DNA of 32,000 nucleotides from Candidatus Iainarchaeum sp. (GTDB lineage Archaea > Iainarchaeota > Iainarchaeia > Iainarchaeales > 0-14-0-20-34-12), in contig JAUSKK010000045.1 of the NCBI GenBank assembly GCA_030649345.1, positions 17,623 to 49,622 on the forward strand. Direction: 5' to 3'. How positions within the stretch are numbered: position 1 is the first letter of the stretch; each line of letters opens with the position of its first letter. The notes under the pieces are model-generated. The model ran no database searches. It saw only the letters and a list, made by a program, of their open reading frames with translations, and was not told where the DNA came from. Below are positions 6,638 through 16,124 of this stretch, piece by piece. Both the position numbers and the translations under genes were made by a program.

Positions 6638-7279
6638 TTATTTTCCAGTTTCTCGTTTTCTTCGTTCAGCCAATATTTGTATGGCTTTGTTTACAAAGTA
6701 TTTGGTTCTTTGATCCAGTTTTGGATTTTGTTGCAATGCCTGTAGAGTTTCTTCGGCTGGTCCATAGTATCCTGTGAATCCAATATTAACAATGGTTTCT
6801 AATATTCGTTTTTTCATTTCTGGATCGCTTTCTTTTTGCAAGGCTTCCATTAAAAATTCGAAATGTTCAGGTGAAGCATTTTCAGTTAAAATCTTTAATG
6901 CTTCTATTTTTTCAGATGAAGGAAATCTTCGTTTATTGCCGCGATGATCTTCTCCTCGTAATACTTCAGTAGCTTCTCGTATCAATATTCCGGTTTCTCG
7001 ATTTAACCAGTCTGTTTTTTTTGAGTCACGATGTCTTTCTTGTTTATCGTATGGATTTTCTCTTCTTTCTGTTTGTTCTTTTTGTCTTCGGACTTGTTCT
7101 CCGGCTAAAAATGCAGCTCTTTGAACTAAATTGGGTCCTCTGTGTTCTCGGGGCCCAATGTGTGGAAGCATTCCTGGTCTAGGGCCTTGGCGTTGTGCGT
7201 GAGGCATATTGGCTGGACTGCGAAATCCTGCAGGTCTTCCTCTAGGCATAATTCTTCGTGCTTGGGCTCTCAAAGGCAT
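6638..7279 (-). CDS. protein with an Arg/Pro/Gly-rich disordered N-terminus and a HEAT-like helical C-terminus (hypothetical)
   Basis: 213 aa, with GGTGA 5 nt upstream of the ATG. The N-terminal ~100 aa is very basic (MPLRAQARRIMPRGRPAGFRSP...). The C-terminus has helical repeats (IEALKILTENASPEHFEFLMEALQKESDPEMKKRILETIVNIG). Confidence 0.6.
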   Translation of the reverse strand: MPLRAQARRIMPRGRPAGFRSPANMPHAQRQGPRPGMLPHIGPREHRGPNLVQRAAFLAGEQVRRQKEQTERRENPYDKQERHRDSKKTDWLNRETGILIREATEVLRGEDHRGNKRRFPSSEKIEALKILTENASPEHFEFLMEALQKESDPEMKKRILETIVNIGFTGYYGPAEETLQALQQNPKLDQRTKYFVNKAIQILAERRKRETGK

Positions 7280-7331
7280 TTTTTCACCATAAGTTAGTAT
7301 ATATTAAATTGTATTATTTATAGTTAAATAT

Positions 7332-8390
7332 ATGGCTGAATTTCCTAAATTTGAGTACTTGAAAGCTAAAGGTGATAATCTTGAAATTGGCCGGATAGTT
7401 GGAAAAGCCTTTGGCGATCAAATTGTTTCAGTTATTGAATATATGCGTTCTTTTTATTTGAAAGAATTTAATTTATCTTTTGATCAGGCATTTAAGTTAG
7501 CGGAATCCAGGTTAAGTTTTGTCAAAAAAGAATTGCCTCAATTTGTAGAAGAACTGCAAGGAATGGCTCAAGGTATAGGAATTTCTTTTAATGACTTATT
7601 TTTGTTAAATTCCGATGAATTTTTGTACGAGCAAAAATTCGCAAGCAAGGGATGCACAGATGTTTTTTTGAAAACCGATGGCTTGTTGGTTGGGCATACT
7701 GAAGATTGGCTGGCTGATTTTGGAAATCGAATGTTTATTTTGGAAGCCGATGTATCCAATAAATTTGATTCATTGTCTTTTATTGCTTTAACTTATTTTG
7801 GCCGCCTTCCAGGTTATTCTGCTAATTTAAATTCTCATGGTTTTGCTTCCACCAGCAACGGAGTTCATGCTTTTGATTTCAAGCCAGGAGTTCCGAAAGC
7901 TTTTGTAAACAGGTATGTCTTAGAAAGCGGTTCTATGAAAGAAGCAGTACGCAAAGCAGGAAGTTTATCTCGTGCGTCTGGAGGAACTTTAAATTTAGTT
8001 CAAGGAACTGAATTTGCTTCTTTGGAATTAAGCGCCAATCAATTTGAATTATTAAAATATTCTCAAGATCGCGGTGTTCATACCAATCATTTTATTTCTT
8101 CGGCAATGAATTCTCTTGGAACACAGTCTGAAAATTCAATTAAACGGCTTGAGCGAGCCAATCAAATGTTAAACATGGTGAAACAACCACCGGAATCTTT
8201 TTTGCACAGTATTTTAGCAGACCATGAAAACGCTCCGCACTCCATTTGCAGTCATTCGGCTGATTTAATTGCAAAGCAAAAAAAATCAGCTACCCTTGGA
8301 GCTGTAATGATTGATCCTTCCAAAAAACGTTTTTCTGTCTTAACCGGAAGTCCATGCAGAGGAAAATTTATTGACTATTATTTGAAGTAA
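7332..8390 (+). CDS. peptidase C45 / acyl-CoA:6-aminopenicillanic-acid acyltransferase-family Ntn hydrolase
   Basis: 352 aa. A Gly-Cys-Thr nucleophile context (ASKGCTDVF) sits about 105 aa in, followed by GHTEDW and a C-terminal HS.C.H-type region, as in the C45 family. Assignment is by motif memory. Confidence 0.65.
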   Translation: MAEFPKFEYLKAKGDNLEIGRIVGKAFGDQIVSVIEYMRSFYLKEFNLSFDQAFKLAESRLSFVKKELPQFVEELQGMAQGIGISFNDLFLLNSDEFLYEQKFASKGCTDVFLKTDGLLVGHTEDWLADFGNRMFILEADVSNKFDSLSFIALTYFGRLPGYSANLNSHGFASTSNGVHAFDFKPGVPKAFVNRYVLESGSMKEAVRKAGSLSRASGGTLNLVQGTEFASLELSANQFELLKYSQDRGVHTNHFISSAMNSLGTQSENSIKRLERANQMLNMVKQPPESFLHSILADHENAPHSICSHSADLIAKQKKSATLGAVMIDPSKKRFSVLTGSPCRGKFIDYYLK

Positions 8391-8420
8391 AACAGCCGTA
8401 ACCCAGCTGGCGTGTTGCAT

Positions 8421-8496
8421 TGCAATTAAACCATTAGGTTTAATGCACATTAAAACGTGTTCGTTTTAATTGTGCTTTCGCTGCGCTCAGCAAAGC
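8421..8496. other. three consecutive stable hairpins in a convergent intergenic region (terminator cluster or small RNA)
   Basis: Hairpin 1 at 8421-8447: TGCAATTAAACC-ATTA-GGTTTAATGCA. Hairpin 2 at 8449-8470: ATTAAAACG-TGTT-CGTTTTAAT. Hairpin 3 at 8474-8496: GCTTTCGCTG-CGCT-CAGCAAAGC. All seen directly. Confidence 0.5.
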
Positions 8497-8505
8497 GGTT
8501 TACAG

Positions 8506-9153
8506 TTAATCAACTAAAGTGCATTCAATTCGTTCTTTTCCTTTTCCTATATTTGCACGCTTTAATTTAATGTTGCCAATTTCTTTCGAGTTTTTGACAT
8601 GGGTTCCGCCGCAAAAAGTTTTATGGTTTCCCATTTCCCAAGCCCAATTATTTTTTGTTCCAGGTTCAATGTATCTTTTGATTTCATGTCCTTCATTAAT
8701 AAGTTGCTGGACTTGTTCTTGAATTTTAGGCAAAACAGTATTCAAATTCTCCGGATACATATAATCCAGTCTGCTTTTGGTTAAATCAATATTGCTTCCC
8801 ACACATTCATGTTTTCCGCAAACTTGTTCAAAAACTCGGTCTGTTAAATGAGCCAAAGAATGCAACCGCATAATTTTGTATCGTTTTTCCCAATCAATTT
8901 GGATTACAACTTCTTGTCCAATTTTCAAGCCTTCTGCACTTTCTAAAGTATACACAATTTCTTCTGTATCTTTATCCATATCAGCTTGCACAACCGGTAT
9001 TCCATTCAATGTGCCTGTGTCGGTGATTTGCCCTCCGGAAAAAGCGTAAAAAATGGTTTGATCTAGCCAAACCTTATTTTGTTCAATTTTCACAATTTTG
9101 GCCTTTAATTCCTTTAAATAGGCTTGATCTCGAAACAAAATTTTTACAGTCAT
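8506..9153 (-). CDS. alaX: AlaX-type alanyl-tRNA editing protein (Ser/Gly-tRNAAla deacylase)
   Basis: 215 aa. Zinc-site motifs HSLAHL (HxxxH) and CGGTHV (CxxxH) are in the order typical of the AlaRS second additional domain, with an N-terminal beta-barrel-like region. Confidence 0.85.
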   Translation of the reverse strand: MTVKILFRDQAYLKELKAKIVKIEQNKVWLDQTIFYAFSGGQITDTGTLNGIPVVQADMDKDTEEIVYTLESAEGLKIGQEVVIQIDWEKRYKIMRLHSLAHLTDRVFEQVCGKHECVGSNIDLTKSRLDYMYPENLNTVLPKIQEQVQQLINEGHEIKRYIEPGTKNNWAWEMGNHKTFCGGTHVKNSKEIGNIKLKRANIGKGKERIECTLVD

Positions 9154-9210
9154 AAAATAATACTGGAGCCAAATGTTTAATTAACATGCACTTGCATAAT
9201 TCTAATATAT

Positions 9211-10926
9211 ATGAATCTTAAGAAATTTTTAGCCCAACAATTAGCCAAGCAAATCTCTGAACTATCGGAAGACCAAATTTTTGCTTTATTGGAAGAACCC
9301 AAATCATCCGCTTTAGGGGATTATGCTTTTCCGTGTTTTTCTTTGGCGAAAGTTTTCAAAAAAGGGCCCAATCAAATTGCTTTGGATTTAAAAAATTCAC
9401 TGAAATTTGGAACTGAAATTCAAAAAATAGAAGCAGTGAATGCGTACTTGAATTTTTTTTTAAATCCAGTTTTTGTTTCCGAAAAGACAATTTCCGAAGT
9501 TTTGAAACAAAAAACTAAATACGGTTCTTCTTTGGTTGGAAAAAACAAAAAAGTAATGGTTGAATACTCGAGTCCAAATACCAATAAGCCATTGCACGTA
9601 GGTCATCTGCGCAATGATTCCATTGGAATGTGTTTATCCAATATTTTAGAATTTTCAGGTCATCAAGTGATTCGCGCTATTTTAGTGAATGACCGTGGTG
9701 TTCATATTTGCAAAAGCATGTTAGCATATCAAAAATTTGGAGACAATCAAACTCCTGAAAATCAAAAAATTAAAGGAGATCATTTTGTAGGAAATTTTTA
9801 TGTTTTATTTAATCAAAAATTAACTGAATTTCCTGAATTAGAACAAGAAGCTCAAGCAATGCTGGTGCAATGGGAAAAACAAGATAAAAGAACTATTCAG
9901 TTGTGGAAAAAAATGAATGCTTGGGTTATTCAAGGATTTGTGGAAACGTACAAAAAATTTGGTTCTAGCTTTGATGAATGGTTTTATGAATCTAAATTTT
10001 ACGATAAAGCACAGCCCATTATTGATCAAGGAATCAAGCAAGGCGTTTTTTTTAAATCTGAAAATGGTTCTTTAATGGCTGATTTGAAATCAACCGGTTT
10101 GCCGAACAAAACAGTTTTGCGTGCAGATGGCACCAGTATTTATTTAACCAATGACTTGCCTTTAACGGTTCATAAATTTGAAAAATTTAAACTAGCTCAA
10201 GCTTTTTGGGTAGTTGCATCCGAACAAGATTTGTATTTCCAACAGTTGTTTAAAATTTTTGAATTATTGGGTTATTCTTGGTCTAAAAATTGTAAGCATT
10301 TAAGTTATGGAATGGTTTTATTACCGGAAGGAAAAATGAAAAGCCGGGAAGGAAATGTTATTGATGCCGATGATTTAATGCAAGATATTTCTGCTTTGGC
10401 TTACGAAGAAATATTGAAACGAAATCCTAGTTTATCTAAAAAAGAAATTGAACGACGTTCTCAAACGATTGCTTTGGCTGCCATCAAGTATACTATGCTG
10501 AAAATTGAATTGGTGAAAGACTTTGTGTTTGATTTAAAACAATCGGTTTCCTTTGAAGGAGATTCTGGTCCGTATTTGCAGTATTCGTATGCTCGTGCCA
10601 AAAGTATTCTGCGTAAAGCATCCAATGTTTCCTTTAAATCCATGGACTTTAGTTTATTGAACTCAACGCAAGAATATTTGTTGGTTAAAAAATTAGCTGC
10701 ATTTCCTTTACTGGTAGAACAATTGGCTGAAACTAAAGCCATTCATTTATTGACTCATTACTTGCAAGAATTATGCTTATTATTCAATTCCTATTACCAT
10801 GAAATTCCTGTCTTAACTGCTGCTGAAAAAGTAAAACAAGCTCGTTTGGCTTTAGTGGAAAGCTTTTCGGTTGTTTTAAAGAATGGCTTGTATCTGCTGA
10901 ATATTGAAACTTTGGACGAAATGTAG
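9211..10926 (+). CDS. argS: arginyl-tRNA synthetase
   Basis: 571 aa. SSPNTNKPLHVGHLRN (class I HIGH), KMKSREGNVI (KMSK-like), and the ArgRS-specific DALR anticodon-binding tail ending ...LDEM. Confidence 0.92.
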   Translation: MNLKKFLAQQLAKQISELSEDQIFALLEEPKSSALGDYAFPCFSLAKVFKKGPNQIALDLKNSLKFGTEIQKIEAVNAYLNFFLNPVFVSEKTISEVLKQKTKYGSSLVGKNKKVMVEYSSPNTNKPLHVGHLRNDSIGMCLSNILEFSGHQVIRAILVNDRGVHICKSMLAYQKFGDNQTPENQKIKGDHFVGNFYVLFNQKLTEFPELEQEAQAMLVQWEKQDKRTIQLWKKMNAWVIQGFVETYKKFGSSFDEWFYESKFYDKAQPIIDQGIKQGVFFKSENGSLMADLKSTGLPNKTVLRADGTSIYLTNDLPLTVHKFEKFKLAQAFWVVASEQDLYFQQLFKIFELLGYSWSKNCKHLSYGMVLLPEGKMKSREGNVIDADDLMQDISALAYEEILKRNPSLSKKEIERRSQTIALAAIKYTMLKIELVKDFVFDLKQSVSFEGDSGPYLQYSYARAKSILRKASNVSFKSMDFSLLNSTQEYLLVKKLAAFPLLVEQLAETKAIHLLTHYLQELCLLFNSYYHEIPVLTAAEKVKQARLALVESFSVVLKNGLYLLNIETLDEM

Positions 10927-10974
10927 TTTTTTTAATAATTAGGTTTAAATAACTCATTTGTTCCAATAATAGTT

Positions 10975-12765
10975 ATGAAAAAGTCATCTAAATCAGTTCC
11001 TGCAGTATCCCTGATTTCTCCTGAGTTTAAAAAATTATTTGATTCTCAGCTGGAAACTGTGTTTGCCAATGTAAGAAGTTCTTTAAAATTTCATTCTGTT
11101 TTAGAAAAGCAAAATACTAAATCGCGTGAATCTAAAATTAAAGGTAAAAAAATTAACTTTGACTTAATTCAGCGAGCTTATGATTTTGCCATGCAGCGTC
11201 ATTCGTTTCAAAAGCGTGCTTCGGGTGATCCGTATTTTGTTCACTTAATTGGAACTGCAACAATTTTATCTGAATATGGCGGCGATGAAGAAACCATTGC
11301 TGCTGGTTTTTTACACGATGTATTGGAAGATACCGATACTACCAAACAAGAATTGATTGAATATTTTGGAATCAATATTGCCTTGCTGGTCGAAGGAGTT
11401 ACTAAATTGGATGAATTGTCGTATAAGTCAAGAAAATCCAAGCATATTAATTATTTGCAGCGTGTCTTAATTGCCAGTACTCGGGATATTCGTGTTTTAA
11501 TTATTAAATTGGCAGACAAATTGCATAATGTTCGAACTTTAGGTTTTTTGGATCCAGTAAAAAAAATGGAAATTGCTTCCTTGGTTTTAGATGTGTATGG
11601 CCCTTTGGCGCATCGAATGGGTTTGCATAATCTTGAATATGAATTGGAAGATTTATGTTTTCCGATAGTATCTCCTGAAAAATTTAAAGAAGTGAAATCC
11701 AATATTGAACAAGGTCGGCTTTTAAAAACTCAGCAAATTGAAAATATGATTTCTATTTTAACAGCTAAAGCGAATGCTTTGAAACGTCATTATGGTTTTG
11801 ATCGAAAACAGAAAGGCTATTATTCTATTTATCGAAAAATTAGTCAACTGCATAAATCGTTTGAAGAAATTGATGATTTTTCAGTTTTGTTAGTTTTAAC
11901 AGATTCTATTGCTGAATGCTATGAAGCTTTAGGATTGGTGCATACTACGTTTCATCCAGTTCCTGGGAAATTAAAAGATTATATTGCCATTCCTCAAGTA
12001 GCCTACAATGCCATTCATACAACTGTAATTGGCCCGAATGGAACTCCTATTAAAGTTCATATTAAAACCAAACGAATGAATGAATTGGAATCTAAAGGAA
12101 TTATTTCTTGGCTGGAACGTACCAATATTTTGCGCGATTACGATGAAGAAGATTTGAATGCTTTGCATACTCCCAGTTCTTTGAGTGAAGAAGAATTTCC
12201 TTTTTACGATGCTTTGAAAAAAGATTTTTTGGATCCGCAAATTTTTGTTTTTACGGCCAATGGAGGTATTGTAAAATTGCCTTGGGGCAGCAGTGCAGTG
12301 GATTTTGCTTACAAACTAAATACGGAAATTGGTAATTGTGCTGAAAAAATTAAAGTGAACGGAAAATTAGTTCCGATTTGGACTGTTTTAGATTCTGGTG
12401 ACATTGTGGAAGTTATTACTGCCAAGAGTCCAACTGTGAAAAAAGACTGGATTGATTTTGTAAAATCGCATAATGCTAAAGAAAAAATTAAGCAAGCTTT
12501 GAATTTAAAAGATGAAAAAAAAGAAACTTTGCAAAATGCATTGTTTATTGTCCGAGCTGTTGATCGTACTGGTTTGTTGGCTGATTTAAGTAAAATTATT
12601 GCAGAATGCAATGTATTTATTGATGAATATTATGTAATCAAAGAAGAAGGCAATAATATTGTCAAAGATTGTTTCTTGGTTCATGTAGCTCAAAAAAAGC
12701 AAATAGAGAAATTGATTGAACGCTGTAAAAAAGTTAGAAATGTTTTAGATGTAACTACCAGCTAA
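10975..12765 (+). CDS. long RelA/SpoT homologue (HD hydrolase, synthetase-like, TGS and ACT-like domains)
   Basis: 596 aa. Motifs: QKRASGDPYFVH, FLHDVLEDT, LADKLHNVRTL (hydrolase); YSIYRKI, CYEALGLVH, KDYIAIPQVAYNAIHTTV, KVHIKT (synthetase-like); FVFTANGGIVKLPWGSSAVDFAYKL...VNGKLVP (TGS); VRAVDRTGLLADLSKII (ACT). Confidence 0.85.
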   Translation: MKKSSKSVPAVSLISPEFKKLFDSQLETVFANVRSSLKFHSVLEKQNTKSRESKIKGKKINFDLIQRAYDFAMQRHSFQKRASGDPYFVHLIGTATILSEYGGDEETIAAGFLHDVLEDTDTTKQELIEYFGINIALLVEGVTKLDELSYKSRKSKHINYLQRVLIASTRDIRVLIIKLADKLHNVRTLGFLDPVKKMEIASLVLDVYGPLAHRMGLHNLEYELEDLCFPIVSPEKFKEVKSNIEQGRLLKTQQIENMISILTAKANALKRHYGFDRKQKGYYSIYRKISQLHKSFEEIDDFSVLLVLTDSIAECYEALGLVHTTFHPVPGKLKDYIAIPQVAYNAIHTTVIGPNGTPIKVHIKTKRMNELESKGIISWLERTNILRDYDEEDLNALHTPSSLSEEEFPFYDALKKDFLDPQIFVFTANGGIVKLPWGSSAVDFAYKLNTEIGNCAEKIKVNGKLVPIWTVLDSGDIVEVITAKSPTVKKDWIDFVKSHNAKEKIKQALNLKDEKKETLQNALFIVRAVDRTGLLADLSKIIAECNVFIDEYYVIKEEGNNIVKDCFLVHVAQKKQIEKLIERCKKVRNVLDVTTS

Positions 12766-12771
12766 TTTTTT

Positions 12772-15480
12772 TTACTCCATCCAAATAGCTGGTTTAAACG
12801 GCAATGCATTTCCTGCTTTTTGCATATGTTTTTGTTCTGCTTGTGTTTCTTCTTTGATTTCAATCAAGCAATTGAATTCTTTTTCCAATTCTTTTTTTCC
12901 TTCATTTAATACCTGCATTTCTTCAATTTTGGGTTTGTCTTTGATTTCCATGATTTTGGAGCTTAATTCTTTGACAGCTCGTTCTGCTTGTTTTCCGTGT
13001 TTTCGAATTTCCTCTATTTTCATGGTTAACTTCATTCCTTCTCCAAAATTGGGTGAAGTCAATGTTTTTAATTCATTTAATGTTTTCCATTTCCATTCAC
13101 TGGCAGTGTAAATAGTTATTTTTTTTACTTGTTCAATTTTAGCTAATTCTTTTATGTGCTGCAAGTCTTCTCGTATTTTTTCTAAAAACTCTTCTCCAGT
13201 TTCTGCTTCTGCGTCAATCTTGTCTGGATTGACTTTCGGCCAAGTACTCACTGAAACCATTTCTTTAAATTCTAATTTTTGTCCTAATTCTTCAGTTAAA
13301 TGCGGTGCAAACGGACTTAACAATAAAGTGACTGTTTTGAAACAAAATCCCAAGATTTCTTTTTTAGGTTCATTTTCTGCATATTTTCGAATACTTGCAA
13401 CCAAATCCATAATGGAATGTACTGCAAAATTGAATTTGTATAGTTTCATGTCTTCAGTTACGCTTAAAATTGTTCTATGTGTTTTTGAAATGATTAATTT
13501 ATCCTGTGCATTTAATTCCTTTTCTTTAATTTCATTCAAAGAAATTTTATTTGCATTTTCTTCTATGAACTCAAATGTTTTGGCCAAGAATTTGTGTACT
13601 GCTTCAGCTCCTTGATCTGACCATTCCAATTCTTTTTCCGGCAAGCTTACACTTAACATAAATGTTCTAGCTGTATCTGCTCCGAATTTGTCAATAATGG
13701 CTCCAGGGTCGACTACATTTCCTTTGCTTTTGCTCATGACTTCTCCTTCTTTGAGTACCATTCCTTGAGCCAGTAATCGAGTAAATGGTTCTTCAACATT
13801 CACGCAACCTGTATCGCGCAATGCTTTTGTAAAAAAGCGTGCGTATAATAAATGTAAAATGGCATGCTCAATTCCTCCAATGTATTGATCGACTGGCATC
13901 CAGTATTCTGCAATTTTTTTGTCAAATAAAACATTTCCATTTTTAGGCGTACAGTATCTTAAAAAATACCAGCTGGAGTCAAAGAATGTATCCATAGTGT
14001 CTGTGTCTCTTTTTGCATTGCCTTTACATTTTGGGCATTGTACGTTTACAAATTCTTGCACTTTATCCAATGGATTTCCTTCTCCTGTGAAGGGTGCATT
14101 TTCCGGCAATTTTACGGGCAAGTCTTTTTCTTGTACTGGTACAGTTCCGCAGGTTGTACAATAAATAATTGGAATGGGTGTTCCCCAATATCTTTGTCTG
14201 GAAATTAGCCAATCGCGAATTTTGAATTGAGTTGTTCGTTTTGCAAATTGGTATTTTTCTAAATAATCCAGCATAGGTTCTCTGGATTCCAAGTATGTTT
14301 TTCCTTGCATTTCTTTGGGTTCAATAATTATTCCATCGTCTTCTCTGAAAAATTCTTCAAAGTTTTCTACTTTTTTTCTTTTTGCAGAATCTTTTGGGAC
14401 TAATACTGCTTTGAGTGGAATTTTATATTTTTTTGCAAACTGGAAATCTCGTTCATCATGTGCTGAACATTTGACTATTCCTGTGCCATATTCTGCCAGT
14501 ACATAGCTTGCAATCCAGATTGGTAAATCTCCATTCCCTAAAGGGTCTTGTACAGATCTTCCTGTAAAAATTCCTTCTAAATCTGTTTCTACGTTAAATT
14601 TGTCAGCAGCTTTTTTCTTTTTAATATAGTCTACAAATTCTTTTACTGGTTTTTCGTATTGTGTTCCTTGGATTAAAGTTTCAACCATTGGATGTTCGGG
14701 TGCAATTACATAGAATGTGTCTGCATATGCCATTTGGGGTACACTGTTGTAGGTTTCAAATTCAATATTTAGGTCTTTTACTTTTTGTTTGAATTGTGCT
14801 CCTTGACTTTTTCCAATCCAGTTTTTTTGCATGATGCGTACTCGTTCTGGCCATTCTTTTAATAATTCTAAATCTTTTAATAATTCATCTGCATATTCTG
14901 TGATTTTCAAAAACCATTGATCGAATTCTTTTTGTTTAACTTCGTTTTTGCATCTCCAACATTTTCCTTCTAATACTTGTTCATTGGCAAGTACTGTTCC
15001 ACAGCTTGGACACCAGTTTGCTTTTGCTTTTTTTTTGTAAGCCAATCCTTTTTTGAAGAATTGCAAAAAAATCCATTGATTCCATTTATAGTATTCTGGA
15101 TCACAAGTTGCAAGCATTCGACTCCAATCATAACTGAAGCCAAGCTGTTCTTGTTGGGTTCTCATTTCTGCAATCTTGTCGTAAGTCCATTGTCTTGGAT
15201 TGGTTTGATTTTTGATGGCTGCATTTTCTGCCGGCAAACCCAAAGCATCATAGCCCATTGGATAAAGTACATTGAATCCTTGCATTCGTTTAAATCTTGC
15301 TAAAGTATCTCCAATTGAATAATTGCGTACATGCCCCATGTGGAGTTTTCCGCTAGGGTAAGGAAACATTTCCAAAACATAGTATTTAGGTTTAGCTGAT
15401 TTTTCAGAAACTTCAAATATTTTGCTTTGTTTCCATTTTTGCTGCCATTTTCCTTCAATTTCTTTTGGGTTATAGGTCAT
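12772..15480 (-). CDS. leuS: leucyl-tRNA synthetase (bacterial-form core, archaeal-type C-terminal domain)
   Basis: 902 aa. [33 protein letters not shown], Cys clusters CPSC..CWRC and [16 protein letters not shown]. The C-terminus reads [10 protein letters not shown]...IRKHGK...[11 protein letters not shown]. Confidence 0.93.
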   Translation of the reverse strand: MTYNPKEIEGKWQQKWKQSKIFEVSEKSAKPKYYVLEMFPYPSGKLHMGHVRNYSIGDTLARFKRMQGFNVLYPMGYDALGLPAENAAIKNQTNPRQWTYDKIAEMRTQQEQLGFSYDWSRMLATCDPEYYKWNQWIFLQFFKKGLAYKKKAKANWCPSCGTVLANEQVLEGKCWRCKNEVKQKEFDQWFLKITEYADELLKDLELLKEWPERVRIMQKNWIGKSQGAQFKQKVKDLNIEFETYNSVPQMAYADTFYVIAPEHPMVETLIQGTQYEKPVKEFVDYIKKKKAADKFNVETDLEGIFTGRSVQDPLGNGDLPIWIASYVLAEYGTGIVKCSAHDERDFQFAKKYKIPLKAVLVPKDSAKRKKVENFEEFFREDDGIIIEPKEMQGKTYLESREPMLDYLEKYQFAKRTTQFKIRDWLISRQRYWGTPIPIIYCTTCGTVPVQEKDLPVKLPENAPFTGEGNPLDKVQEFVNVQCPKCKGNAKRDTDTMDTFFDSSWYFLRYCTPKNGNVLFDKKIAEYWMPVDQYIGGIEHAILHLLYARFFTKALRDTGCVNVEEPFTRLLAQGMVLKEGEVMSKSKGNVVDPGAIIDKFGADTARTFMLSVSLPEKELEWSDQGAEAVHKFLAKTFEFIEENANKISLNEIKEKELNAQDKLIISKTHRTILSVTEDMKLYKFNFAVHSIMDLVASIRKYAENEPKKEILGFCFKTVTLLLSPFAPHLTEELGQKLEFKEMVSVSTWPKVNPDKIDAEAETGEEFLEKIREDLQHIKELAKIEQVKKITIYTASEWKWKTLNELKTLTSPNFGEGMKLTMKIEEIRKHGKQAERAVKELSSKIMEIKDKPKIEEMQVLNEGKKELEKEFNCLIEIKEETQAEQKHMQKAGNALPFKPAIWME

Positions 15481-15515
15481 TGAATCACAATACTTAATCG
15501 TATAAAAAAACGCTT

Positions 15516-16124
15516 TTAAACCTTCTGAATAAATCCATTTAAGTATGGTATTTTTTGAACTGTTTTTTGAATTTCTTTTTGATTTTCTTTCATAATTTGA
15601 GTTGAATTCCAGGTTCCGGTTAAAAAAGCTTTTTGGGAAGATTCATTTATTTTTAGTGAAATCTGGTTTCCTGTAAATTGAATGTTTTTTTCGATGAGTG
15701 AAATTTTTAGTTTGGTTTCCGGGAATTTTTCTATGAATTTCATTAGTGTTTCAATTTCTGCTTGACCTGCAGTGACTATAGGAATTCCTAGATTTAAGCA
15801 ATTGGTTTCAAAAATTCCAGCAAAAGATTCTCCAATAATGCATTGAATTCCAAATTTTTGCAAAGCATGCACTGCATGTTCTCTGGATGAACCGCAGCCA
15901 AAATTTTTTTGCACAATTAAAATATTGGCTCCTTTGAATTTAGGTACATTGAACGAGTGTTCTTTCTTGTTTTTTTGTTCATCAAATCGTTCATCAAAAA
16001 ATACATAATTTCCCATATTGGTAAAAGTAATTTCTTTCAAATATCTCGCTGGAATAATGCGGTCTGTGTCAATGTCATTTCCTGGTAATACAATCGCATG
16101 TCCTTTAATTTCAGTTATTTTCAA
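15516..16124 (-). CDS. leuD: 3-isopropylmalate dehydratase small subunit
   Basis: [14 protein letters not shown] and [11 protein letters not shown] motifs. The track ORF (to 16280) overlaps leuC by 160 nt. I place the start at the TTG at 16124-16122, which overlaps the leuC TGA stop (TTGA), giving 202 aa. Confidence 0.85.
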   Translation of the reverse strand: MKITEIKGHAIVLPGNDIDTDRIIPARYLKEITFTNMGNYVFFDERFDEQKNKKEHSFNVPKFKGANILIVQKNFGCGSSREHAVHALQKFGIQCIIGESFAGIFETNCLNLGIPIVTAGQAEIETLMKFIEKFPETKLKISLIEKNIQFTGNQISLKINESSQKAFLTGTWNSTQIMKENQKEIQKTVQKIPYLNGFIQKV

